DNA of 42,126 bases, taken from IMG/VR virus record IMGVR_UViG_3300012838_000029, positions 1-42,126 of that record; one strand, written 5' to 3'. This document shows positions 34,336 to 41,917 of this stretch, piece by piece (within the stretch, counting starts at the first letter, position 1; each line of letters opens with the position of its first letter). The DNA comes from a virus. Its lineage: Duplodnaviria > Caudoviricetes. The notes under the pieces are model-generated. The model saw only the letters and a list, made by a program, of their open reading frames with translations. It ran no database searches and had not been told where the DNA came from. The position numbers were made by a program, and so were the translations under genes.

Positions 34336-35093
34336 TGGACACCCTCGTCCCGGCCATCGGCTACATCCGCGTCAGCACGCAGGAGCAGGCGGCCAACGGC
34401 CACAGCATCGAGCAGCAGCGCGTGCGGCTGGAAGCCTGGGGCCTGGCGCGCGGCCTGCGCTACGTGGACATCCTGGTGGACGCCGGCGTCTCCGCCGGCA
34501 AGCCGCTGCACAAGCGCCCGGGCGGGGCCGAGCTGCTGCGCCGCATGCGCGCCGGCGAGGCCGAGGTGGCCGTGGTCGTGTCGATCGACCGCATGTTCCG
34601 CGACGCCCAGGACGGCCTCAACACGCTGCTGGGGCAGGGCAGGGAACCCGGCCTGCCGCTGCAGTCGGTGACCGACCCCTGCGACACCACCACCGCGATG
34701 GGCCGCTTCATCCTCACCGTTTGGCTGGCCCGCGCGCAGCTGGAGCGCGAGCAGACGTGCGAGCGCAACGCCGCCATCGCCCGCGGCCTGCGCCGCGCCG
34801 GCCGCCCCAACGGCTTCACCCCCTACGGCTGTGTGCTGGTGGACGGCCAGCTGTACCGCGACCCGGCCACGTGGCCGGTGCGCGAGCAGATCGTCGCGCT
34901 CGCCGCCCAGGGCCTGGGCACCCGCGCCATCGCCACCCGCCTGGCTGAGCAGGGCATCGCCGCTCCCCTCGGCGGGGCGCGCTGGTCTAAGACGTCGGTG
35001 GGCCGGGTGATCGAGTCGCATGACGGGCTGAACCATATCCCCGCGCTGCCCGGCGCAGAAGAAAGCCGCATTTCACAGGAGCCCACCCCATGA
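34335..35093 (+). CDS. Serine recombinase (resolvase domain plus short recombinase DNA-binding domain)
   Basis: 'GYIRVSTQEQ' catalytic Ser, 'DAGVSAG...RPG', 'IDRMFR', 'DTTTAMGRF', 'PYG', 'W....V.R'; 252 aa. Confidence 0.9.
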   Translation: MDTLVPAIGYIRVSTQEQAANGHSIEQQRVRLEAWGLARGLRYVDILVDAGVSAGKPLHKRPGGAELLRRMRAGEAEVAVVVSIDRMFRDAQDGLNTLLGQGREPGLPLQSVTDPCDTTTAMGRFILTVWLARAQLEREQTCERNAAIARGLRRAGRPNGFTPYGCVLVDGQLYRDPATWPVREQIVALAAQGLGTRAIATRLAEQGIAAPLGGARWSKTSVGRVIESHDGLNHIPALPGAEESRISQEPTP

Positions 35094-35344
35094 ACTGTCC
35101 GCTCGCCAATGCCGAGCAGCTGATCGCTGTGCGCTCGCCGGAGGGCCAGCGCCTGGCCATCGAGATCGCCGTGCTGCGCGATGCCCTGGAGATGGTCACC
35201 CCCGATGCGCCGGCCGGCGTGGTCTACGGCCGCATCGACGACGCCATCCAGCAGCGCCAGCAGGCCCTGCTCGCCGAGTACCAGCGCCTGCAGCTGCCGC
35301 TCACCCGCGAGCAGCAGCTGGCCGAAGTCCACACCCGCGGCTGA
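35090..35344 (+). CDS. Hypothetical protein
   Basis: AGGAG SD and ATGA coupling. Confidence 0.6.
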   Translation: MNCPLANAEQLIAVRSPEGQRLAIEIAVLRDALEMVTPDAPAGVVYGRIDDAIQQRQQALLAEYQRLQLPLTREQQLAEVHTRG

Positions 35345-35368
35345 GCCGCACTCCCCGGAGGGAACCCG

Positions 35369-35959
35369 ATGCTTGCCGAGCGTCCCACCCGCAGCCAGGT
35401 CCTCGCGGCCGCCATCACCGATGCGGTGATGCAGTCGCGGCTGGGCTGGCGTGCCTACGCCCAGGCGGTGGTCGACCACTACCTGGCGACCACCGCCGTC
35501 GTGGACCGCGTCATCGCGTTCCGCGTGGCCACCACGGCCGAGCAGTACGAGGAGGCCGCCGCCCTCAACACGCAGACCGTGCGCCGCATGGTCTCCGGCG
35601 AGAAGGTCATCCCGCTGGATATCAGCGAGTCGCTGGTGGAGGCGCTGCCGGAGCCGTTCCGCGAGCGCACGCTGGCGGTGCTGGCCGGCCGCTTCGGCCT
35701 GATGGCCGCGCGCAAGCCGCCGGCCCCGGGCGTGCCGGGCGGCGCGTACATCGGCCCCTGCCGCCTGATGCGCGACACCGCCGCCGTACTGGAGCCGCTG
35801 GCCGCCGCCTTGGAAGACAACCTCCTCACCCCTGACGACCTGCCCGCCATGCAGCAGGCGCAGCGCCGCCTGGGCGACCTCATGGGCACCTGCCTGCAGG
35901 TGGAGGCGCAGCTGCAGCAGGCGGCCGAGGGCATGGCCGCGCCGGGAGCGCGCGCATGA
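35369..35959 (+). CDS. Phage regulatory protein (CII/YmfL-like)
   Basis: GGAGG SD; helical, with C-terminal 'AALEDNLLTPDD' as in CII/YmfL-like proteins. Confidence 0.55.
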   Translation: MLAERPTRSQVLAAAITDAVMQSRLGWRAYAQAVVDHYLATTAVVDRVIAFRVATTAEQYEEAAALNTQTVRRMVSGEKVIPLDISESLVEALPEPFRERTLAVLAGRFGLMAARKPPAPGVPGGAYIGPCRLMRDTAAVLEPLAAALEDNLLTPDDLPAMQQAQRRLGDLMGTCLQVEAQLQQAAEGMAAPGARA

Positions 35960-36063
35960 GCGCCGCCATCTTCTTTGCCGGCATGGCCGTGGGAATGGGG
36001 GTGGCCCTGTGCGCCCTGTACTTCGCGCGCGGCAGCCACAGCACGCCGAGGAGGCCGCGATGA
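35956..36063 (+). CDS. 35-aa single-TM peptide
   Basis: MSAAIFFAGMAVGMGVALCALYFARG...; ATGA-coupled at both ends. Confidence 0.5.
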   Translation: MSAAIFFAGMAVGMGVALCALYFARGSHSTPRRPR

Positions 36064-36269
36064 GCGCCTGGCTGCAATGGCTGCCCGCGGCGGCCGAGGG
36101 CTCGCGCTGGCGGCTGATCCGCTTCAAGCAGGTGGATGCCGAAGGCAAGCCGGTCGGCAAGCCGGAAGAGGCGCTCAGCGCCGCCGGCTACGGCCTGCGT
36201 TTCCCCACCGAGGAGCGCGCCGCCCTGGTGGCGCGCCACCTCAACGCCGAGGAGGCCGCCGGTGCGTAG
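36060..36269 (+). CDS. Hypothetical protein
   Basis: GGAGG SD and ATGA coupling. Confidence 0.6.
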   Translation: MSAWLQWLPAAAEGSRWRLIRFKQVDAEGKPVGKPEEALSAAGYGLRFPTEERAALVARHLNAEEAAGA

Positions 36270-36288
36270 CGCGGCCCACGTTCCGCAG

Positions 36289-36323
36289 AAAAGTGAAGCC
36301 ACCGGTGCTGGAACACCGGTGGC
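36289..36323 (-). terminator. Hairpin with a minus-strand U-tract inside the early operon
   Basis: GCCACCGGTG-CTGGAA-CACCGGTGGC perfect 10-bp stem, preceded by AAAAGTGAA. Confidence 0.5.
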
Positions 36324-36357
36324 CTCGGGTGACCACAAACCGTTGGAGGCTCAGGTC

Positions 36358-36600
36358 GTGCATCAGTCCATCACAGCAGCACCGGCCGCGCAACCTGCGC
36401 TGCCCGTCGTCCTCGTCAGCGACATCATGCTTACCGACCACTACGCCCGACGCCGCGCCGCGCACTACCAGGTGGCCGCCGCCCCGGTGGTCGCCGCCGG
36501 CCGTGGCGCAGCCATCTTCCACCACGACCGCGTGGCCGGCTACCGCGCCGCGGAAACCGCCGCCTACGGCCTGGCCGTGCTGCAGGGGAGGGCGGTCTGA
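36358..36600 (+). CDS. Hypothetical protein
   Basis: GGAGG SD; stop overlaps the rdgC start. Confidence 0.55.
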   Translation: MHQSITAAPAAQPALPVVLVSDIMLTDHYARRRAAHYQVAAAPVVAAGRGAAIFHHDRVAGYRAAETAAYGLAVLQGRAV

Positions 36601-37505
36601 TGTTCTTCCGCAACCTCACCCTGTTCCGCTTCCCGGCCGGCCACGACTTCAGCCAGCTCGCCGAGCTGCTGCCGGAGGCCGCGCTCAAGCCGGTCGGCCC
36701 GCTGGAGCTCGGCACCGCCGGCTTCATTCCGCCGCTCGGGCGGGATTCCACCGAGCTGATGCACCGCATCGGCGACGCCATCTGGCTGGCGGTGGGCGAG
36801 CAGCGCAAGCTCCTGCCGGCCGCCGTGGTCGCCGATGCGCTGGCGCGTCGCATCGCCGAGGTCGAGCAGCGCGAGGGCCGCAAGCTCGGCGGCCGCGCCC
36901 GCAAGCGCCTGAAGGACGAGGTGCTGCACGAGCTGCTGCCCAAGGCCCTGGTCCAGAACCGCCGCACCGACGCCATCCTGGACCTGCAGCTAGGGGTGCT
37001 GTTCGTCGACACGGCCAGCCGCAAGGCGGCAGCAGCCGTGGCCAGCGAGATCCGCCGGGCGCTGGGCAGCTTTCCGGCCCTACCGGCGGCCGCCGAGACC
37101 GAGCCGCGCGCGGTGCTCACCTCCTGGCTTGCCGGCGAGCCGCTGCCGGAATGCATGCACTTTGGCGATGAGTGCGAGCTGCGCGACCCCGCCGATGGCG
37201 GGGCCGTGGCCAAGCTTCAGCACCACCAGCTGCACAGCGAGGAGGTGGCACGCCACCTGGAGTCCGGCAAGCAGGTGGTCCGCCTGGGCCTGTGCCTGGA
37301 CGACCGTCTCGGCTTCGTCCTCGGCGATGACCTGGTGGTGCGCAAGCTGCGCTTCTTCGAGGCCGCCGTCGAGTCGCTGGAGAACACCGAGCACGACGAC
37401 CTGCACGCCGAGCTGGACGCCCGCTTCGCCCTGATGGCCGGCGAGGCCCGCCACCTGTTCCGGGTGCTGGAGCAGGCCCTGCACATCCGGGCGGGGGAGG
37501 GCTGA
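36600..37505 (+). CDS. rdgC: Recombination-associated protein RdgC
   Basis: 'MFFRNLTLFRF...KLLPAAVV...LKDEVLHELLPKA...VDTASRK.A...LGSFP...LDARFALM'. Confidence 0.93.
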   Translation: MFFRNLTLFRFPAGHDFSQLAELLPEAALKPVGPLELGTAGFIPPLGRDSTELMHRIGDAIWLAVGEQRKLLPAAVVADALARRIAEVEQREGRKLGGRARKRLKDEVLHELLPKALVQNRRTDAILDLQLGVLFVDTASRKAAAAVASEIRRALGSFPALPAAAETEPRAVLTSWLAGEPLPECMHFGDECELRDPADGGAVAKLQHHQLHSEEVARHLESGKQVVRLGLCLDDRLGFVLGDDLVVRKLRFFEAAVESLENTEHDDLHAELDARFALMAGEARHLFRVLEQALHIRAGEG

Positions 37506-37508
37506 GGC

Positions 37509-38195
37509 ATGGAGCAGAACACAGACCCGGTGCGGGCGCTGATTGCCGATTGGCGCGAGGAAGCCGCCGAGTGCCATGCCGAATCGGAGACGCCCGCGGT
37601 AAAGCGTGACCCGAGGGCCTATGCCGGATTTGCCTCTGCATCTCGCATCCTGACCCGTTGCGCTGACGAGGCGGAATCCGCCCTCGCCTCCGCGCCACCG
37701 AGCGCGCCCGTGGGGGACGTTGGCGGGGTCATGCGCCGAGCGTTGTGCCGGATCGCGCTGGGGCACGAGCCTGCGCAGGTGATCGCTGACGAGGCCATCG
37801 CCGAGGCACGCAAGGCCGCCCTCTCCCAGCAGCCCGCAGCGCCGAGCGGGGAGGCGGTGGCGTGGCCGCACTACACCGGGTCCGTGCTGACCAGCGGGGC
37901 CGACAACGAAGCCCGCGTGACATTCGCTTTCAGCAGCCGAGACGAGGCCGAGCGATTCCATGGGGTTGCCATCGCCATGCTCTACGCCGCGCCCCAGCAG
38001 CCCGCGGCCGTGGATGAGGCGTGGCGGCAGAAGGCGGCCGATTGGCTGGAGTCGAAAGCTGCCGAGCAGGAAGCGAACAATGAGAAGTGGCCCGATCACG
38101 CGGCCGCCTACAAGGAGTGGCGCGACCGTCCCGGCATCCTGAGGTCTCTGGCAATCCAAGTCCTCGCCGCCCAGCAGCAGGGAGGCACCCCATGA
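37509..38195 (+). CDS. Modular hypothetical early protein
   Basis: Segments joined by 'QQPAA' linkers. Confidence 0.65.
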   Translation: MEQNTDPVRALIADWREEAAECHAESETPAVKRDPRAYAGFASASRILTRCADEAESALASAPPSAPVGDVGGVMRRALCRIALGHEPAQVIADEAIAEARKAALSQQPAAPSGEAVAWPHYTGSVLTSGADNEARVTFAFSSRDEAERFHGVAIAMLYAAPQQPAAVDEAWRQKAADWLESKAAEQEANNEKWPDHAAAYKEWRDRPGILRSLAIQVLAAQQQGGTP

Positions 38196-38512
38196 ACGAC
38201 GCCGACTTCATCGCCGCCATGCAGCAGGGCCTGCCGCCGCTGCCGAAGGGGCTGGAAGTGCTGGAGCTGGGCAACGCAGACCTCTCGGCGTCCAGCACCT
38301 GGACCGGCCGCACCGAGCCGAACGAGGCCGCGCCGCTGCCGCAGTACCCGCAGCGGGATGACCTGCCCGAGACGCCTGAGAAGCCGCTCACCTTCGCCGA
38401 GGCCATGGAGCGCAGCGCCCGCCGCCTGGCGCTGGCTGACACGGCCTTCTGCGCGCTGTTCTTCCTGGTGGGCGCCGGCGGCGCGCTGCTGCTGGGAGGT
38501 ATCGCGGCATGA
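38192..38512 (+). CDS. Hypothetical protein with C-terminal TM segment
   Basis: GGAGG SD; ATGA coupling at both ends. Confidence 0.6.
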   Translation: MNDADFIAAMQQGLPPLPKGLEVLELGNADLSASSTWTGRTEPNEAAPLPQYPQRDDLPETPEKPLTFAEAMERSARRLALADTAFCALFFLVGAGGALLLGGIAA

Positions 38513-39468
38513 CCACCATCACCCCCTTCCGCCGCAGCCCCGTCAGCGCCATGAGCATCGCCGACGGCGTCGTCCACTACCTGCAGCGGCTGCAGCGGCG
38601 CAACCGCAGCCTCAACACGCTCAACGCCTATCGCAGCGACCTCAGCCAGTTCGCCGGCTTCCTGCAGCGGTTGGGGCAGGGCGACCTGGTGGCCACGGTG
38701 GGCCAGGCCCAGGTGTCGCGTTGGCTGGATGACCTCTCCGCCGAGGGCGTCAGCCCGCGCAGCCAGGCGCGCAAGCTCTCCGTGCTGCGCGGGTTCTACA
38801 AGCATGCGATGCGCGAGGGCTGGATCGGCTTCGACCCCACCGCCGACGAGTCCGTGCGATTCCGCGCGGCGCGGGTCATCGCGCCGGAGATGGACGAGCT
38901 GCACGCGGTGATCGACGCCATCCCGCGCCAGGGCTGGCGCAACCTGCGCGATCGGGCGCTGCTGCGCCTTGCCCTGGACACCGGCGCCCGCATCAGCGAG
39001 CTGGGCGGGCTGGACGTGCCGGGCAGCCCCTCGCAGTCCGTGGTGGACCTGCGCCGCGGCCTGGCCCACGTGCTGGCCAAGGGCGGCGATATCGACACCC
39101 TGCCGTTCAACGCCGCCACCGGCCGCATGGTCGAGGACTGGCTCGCCGCCCGCCCGGAGGTGGCCAGCCCAGGCCACGCTGCCTTGTTCGTCAGCAACCG
39201 CGGCAACCGCTGCAGCCGCGCCACCCTGCACCAGGTATGCAAGCAGCGCGGCGAGGCAGTGGGCCTGCGCCTGCACATGCACCTGTTCCGCCACCGTCGC
39301 GGCTCCATGGTCATCGAACGCTGCGGCGACAAGCTCGGCCAGCAGTTCCTGCGCCACCAGAGCCTGGCCACCACCAGCCAGTACGGCCGCCACGCCAACA
39401 ACCGCACGCTCGGCGTGATCCGCCAGCTGGCGGATATCGACGAGGGGAGGGTGGCATGCAACGGATGA
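38509..39468 (+). CDS. Second tyrosine recombinase, XerD/XerC-like
   Basis: 'SLNTLNAYRSDLSQF...SPRSQARKLSVLRGFYK' SAM-like domain; catalytic TGARISE, AKG, HLFRH, LRH, TSQY. Confidence 0.92.
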   Translation: MTTITPFRRSPVSAMSIADGVVHYLQRLQRRNRSLNTLNAYRSDLSQFAGFLQRLGQGDLVATVGQAQVSRWLDDLSAEGVSPRSQARKLSVLRGFYKHAMREGWIGFDPTADESVRFRAARVIAPEMDELHAVIDAIPRQGWRNLRDRALLRLALDTGARISELGGLDVPGSPSQSVVDLRRGLAHVLAKGGDIDTLPFNAATGRMVEDWLAARPEVASPGHAALFVSNRGNRCSRATLHQVCKQRGEAVGLRLHMHLFRHRRGSMVIERCGDKLGQQFLRHQSLATTSQYGRHANNRTLGVIRQLADIDEGRVACNG

Positions 39469-39761
39469 TCGCCCACCCCGAAGGCCTGCCCGCTTGCCGC
39501 AACGGCCACCCCGCGCGCCATATCCAGGACGCCCGCGCCCTGCGCGCCGGCGGCGGCCACCTGCTCGAGTGCCGCTGCTGCCACACCGGCAAGCACGCCG
39601 ACTACGACGACGCCCTGCGCGAGTGGTGCCAGGCCCACGGCCACCCGGCACCGAGCGTCGAACCCCAGCGGCCGCTGCCGCTGGGCAATGTCACCCCGCT
39701 GCACCGCCACCGCGCGGCTGACGCCTTCGGCGCCGGCGAGCGGCTCCCCTCTGCCCGTTGA
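39465..39761 (+). CDS. Cys/His-rich hypothetical protein
   Basis: 'CRNGHPARHIQDAR...GGGHLLECRC'. Confidence 0.65.
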   Translation: MIAHPEGLPACRNGHPARHIQDARALRAGGGHLLECRCCHTGKHADYDDALREWCQAHGHPAPSVEPQRPLPLGNVTPLHRHRAADAFGAGERLPSAR

Positions 39762-39769
39762 GGTCTGTC

Positions 39770-40030
39770 ATGTCCGACCAGAACGAAATCCTGTTGCAGG
39801 CGCTGCGCTCCGGCCCGATGACCGCGCTGGAGATCCTGGACACCCTCGGCATCGCCCGCGCCAGCGCCCGGGTCTACGACCTGCGCCGGGCCGGCCACGA
39901 CGTGCGCAGCGAGATGATCACCGTGCACAACCGCCGCGGCGAGCCTTGCCGCGTGGCCGCGTACTCCCTCGCAGTCCAGACGGCAGCGACGCCGAAGGCG
40001 ATCACTTCCGAGCGGATGCGTGCGCAATGA
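39770..40030 (+). CDS. Winged-helix HTH protein
   Basis: 'QNEILLQALRSGPMTALE....GIAR.SARVYDLR..GH.V...MITV......RVAAY'. Confidence 0.75.
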   Translation: MSDQNEILLQALRSGPMTALEILDTLGIARASARVYDLRRAGHDVRSEMITVHNRRGEPCRVAAYSLAVQTAATPKAITSERMRAQ

Positions 40031-40680
40031 GAGCCCTTACTAGCGCCTCGCCATTAAGGCAGTTACTTCTCGACAGAGCCGTCAGCGGCGCCTTTCAGGA
40101 AGAAGCGCTTGAGGCGCGTACGCGCTGTTGCGATCTGTCGAATATCGTCCTCAAAGCGTCCAATGTACTCATCCAGGAAAGCCATCTTAATGGTCAGGTC
40201 TCGAACGGGCGGCACAAGTGGCGGCCCGGACGTGCTTCCGACATTGAACCGCGTGATGACGGCCATGATCTGCGCGGCCGTCTCCCCATCGAAAGCACCC
40301 AGCTGATCCACGAAGCGAAGCGTGAGCTGAAGCGAGGCGCGGGCGTACCTCTCGGCCAAAGCGGTGGCTACCTCCTTGGGCATCCGGTGACCTCGCTCGC
40401 CCTTGGCATCCCCAACCGCTTGACACAGATGCGAATCGAGTTGGGCGAACTCGTTGTCGATCACGCGCGCAAGGCGGTCCGCCGTATGCGCGCGCGCAGT
40501 TTCTGCCTTCTGAGCTTCAAAGCGACGTTGGCTCTCAATTGCGCGTCGGGATTCGCCGGCGGTCCAGAGAGCCACGGCAGCCGCAACGAAGGTGCTGACT
40601 GCACCGACGGCGGTCCAGTCGATCCAACTTCCGAGTGCAGCCCACCAGTCGGCGCCGGCTTGGAGCAAGTGCATGCGTAA
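40027..40680 (+). CDS. Possible 'bridge' ORF overlapping an antisense gene
   Basis: ATGA overlap with the upstream stop; its own stop overlaps the next ATG by 8 nt. May be only a shadow ORF. Confidence 0.3.
   Translation: MRALTSASPLRQLLLDRAVSGAFQEEALEARTRCCDLSNIVLKASNVLIQESHLNGQVSNGRHKWRPGRASDIEPRDDGHDLRGRLPIESTQLIHEAKRELKRGAGVPLGQSGGYLLGHPVTSLALGIPNRLTQMRIELGELVVDHARKAVRRMRARSFCLLSFKATLALNCASGFAGGPESHGSRNEGADCTDGGPVDPTSECSPPVGAGLEQVHA
40063..40674 (-). CDS. N-terminally membrane-anchored protein (antisense moron)
   Basis: 'IDWTAVGAVSTFVAAAVALW' TM segment followed by a helical domain; distinct codon usage. Confidence 0.7.
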   Translation of the reverse strand: MHLLQAGADWWAALGSWIDWTAVGAVSTFVAAAVALWTAGESRRAIESQRRFEAQKAETARAHTADRLARVIDNEFAQLDSHLCQAVGDAKGERGHRMPKEVATALAERYARASLQLTLRFVDQLGAFDGETAAQIMAVITRFNVGSTSGPPLVPPVRDLTIKMAFLDEYIGRFEDDIRQIATARTRLKRFFLKGAADGSVEK

Positions 40681-41080
40681 CCCCCCCGAACCCATCTGGC
40701 GGCATGGTTGCGCCGAGCGAGCACCCTTCGCAAGTCCCCGCCACAGGAGGGAGGTGCTGTGTGCTTCGGGGCAGGGCGCAACGGGTAGGCCAGCCAATCT
40801 GGTTGTTTGCCCGGCCTGTGGCTCGGAAGCTGGGGCCCGCATCTGCTGCGGCGTCGACCTGGCCGCGCCGTTCGTGATGACCACCGCGCGCATCCGCTCG
40901 CTGCGCCGCTACGCCCACGGCATGAAGGGTTTGGACGAGCCGACCTACCGCCTGCACCTGGCTGCAGTCGGCGCCGCCAGCACCACCGAGCTGACGCGCG
41001 AGCAGCACACCGCGCTGCTGCGCCGGCTCGGCGCGCTGCCTAACCGCCCGCGCAAGCGGGGCAGAGGAGCGGCGGCATGA
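40673..41080 (+). CDS. GemA/DUF1018-like protein with CxxC motif (start uncertain)
   Basis: 'KGLDEPTYRLHLAAVGAASTTELTREQ' resembles the Mu GemA N-terminal motif; CPAC..CC. Confidence 0.55.
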   Translation: MRNPPEPIWRHGCAERAPFASPRHRREVLCASGQGATGRPANLVVCPACGSEAGARICCGVDLAAPFVMTTARIRSLRRYAHGMKGLDEPTYRLHLAAVGAASTTELTREQHTALLRRLGALPNRPRKRGRGAAA

Positions 41081-41238
41081 AGCTCGACCAGGAACGCCCC
41101 ATCGCCACGCTCGCCGACGCCATCGCCGCCGCCGAGTTCGCCCTCAACCACACCCCCGAGGGATGCCCCTCGCTGGTGATGCCCTACGCACTTCAGCTGC
41201 TCTTGGCAGCGGCACGGGAGACCAGGTGTGATGATTAA
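41077..41238 (+). CDS. Hypothetical 53-aa protein
   Basis: GAGGAG SD, ATGA coupling; MKLDQERPIATLADAIAAAEF... Confidence 0.55.
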   Translation: MKLDQERPIATLADAIAAAEFALNHTPEGCPSLVMPYALQLLLAAARETRCDD

Positions 41239-41917
41239 GATCGCTCTAATCTGCCAGCGACTCAAGTTCTCGCAGGGCGATCCCGAGGGCTGCATCCGCA
41301 CGATCGAAGATCAGCCCTACGTCCTCTGGCTCCTCCATCTCATCTTCGTCTCCGGTCTCGTGGTCGACGATGACTCCGCCGTACCGCCAGTATGTGTACT
41401 GCGTGTACACGCCGACGCGGACCAGTTCAAATGCAACTACGGCGCGTTGGAGCGCAACACCAGCGTCCTCGAGATGATAGAGCTCGGGGAGCCGGGTATT
41501 CAGCGCGTCCGGGACCACCAGGGGCTCCACGACATCATCGTCGTTGTATCTCTTCGGCACATGCCTCCAGCGGGCCCGTGCAGTCCAGAGCGCACCCTGC
41601 ATAGCTTGTACATGCGGTATCAGGACGAAGGCGAGTGCCCGTGCTCTGAACCGCCTGGTGCGCTCCAACTGAACCCGCTCGTTCCTTGCGATACGCGTCG
41701 GCACGCCAATCGCCACAAGAAGAGCAACGATGGTTCCAATAGCCTGAACCCAAGCCGCTTGGGCCCCCGGCTCAAGCGCACAAAATCCTATCCAGTGACA
41801 GTCCATATCCCCTCCGCTGCCCCTCCGTCTGACTGCCAGTCATTGTCACCTGACTGGAGCCCTAGACGTAGGCGTAGGCTGTTGCACTCTCTCCCCAGGA
41901 CGGGGGCAGCCGGATGA
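41231..41917 (+). CDS. Possible 'bridge' ORF overlapping an antisense gene
   Basis: ATG overlaps the upstream stop by 8 nt; ends in ATGA with the next gene. May be only a shadow ORF. Confidence 0.3.
   Translation: MIKIALICQRLKFSQGDPEGCIRTIEDQPYVLWLLHLIFVSGLVVDDDSAVPPVCVLRVHADADQFKCNYGALERNTSVLEMIELGEPGIQRVRDHQGLHDIIVVVSLRHMPPAGPCSPERTLHSLYMRYQDEGECPCSEPPGALQLNPLVPCDTRRHANRHKKSNDGSNSLNPSRLGPRLKRTKSYPVTVHIPSAAPPSDCQSLSPDWSPRRRRRLLHSLPRTGAAG
41246..41806 (-). CDS. N-terminally membrane-anchored protein (antisense moron)
   Basis: 'AAWVQAIGTIVALLVAIGVP' TM segment; GAGGGG SD. Confidence 0.72.
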   Translation of the reverse strand: MDCHWIGFCALEPGAQAAWVQAIGTIVALLVAIGVPTRIARNERVQLERTRRFRARALAFVLIPHVQAMQGALWTARARWRHVPKRYNDDDVVEPLVVPDALNTRLPELYHLEDAGVALQRAVVAFELVRVGVYTQYTYWRYGGVIVDHETGDEDEMEEPEDVGLIFDRADAALGIALRELESLAD

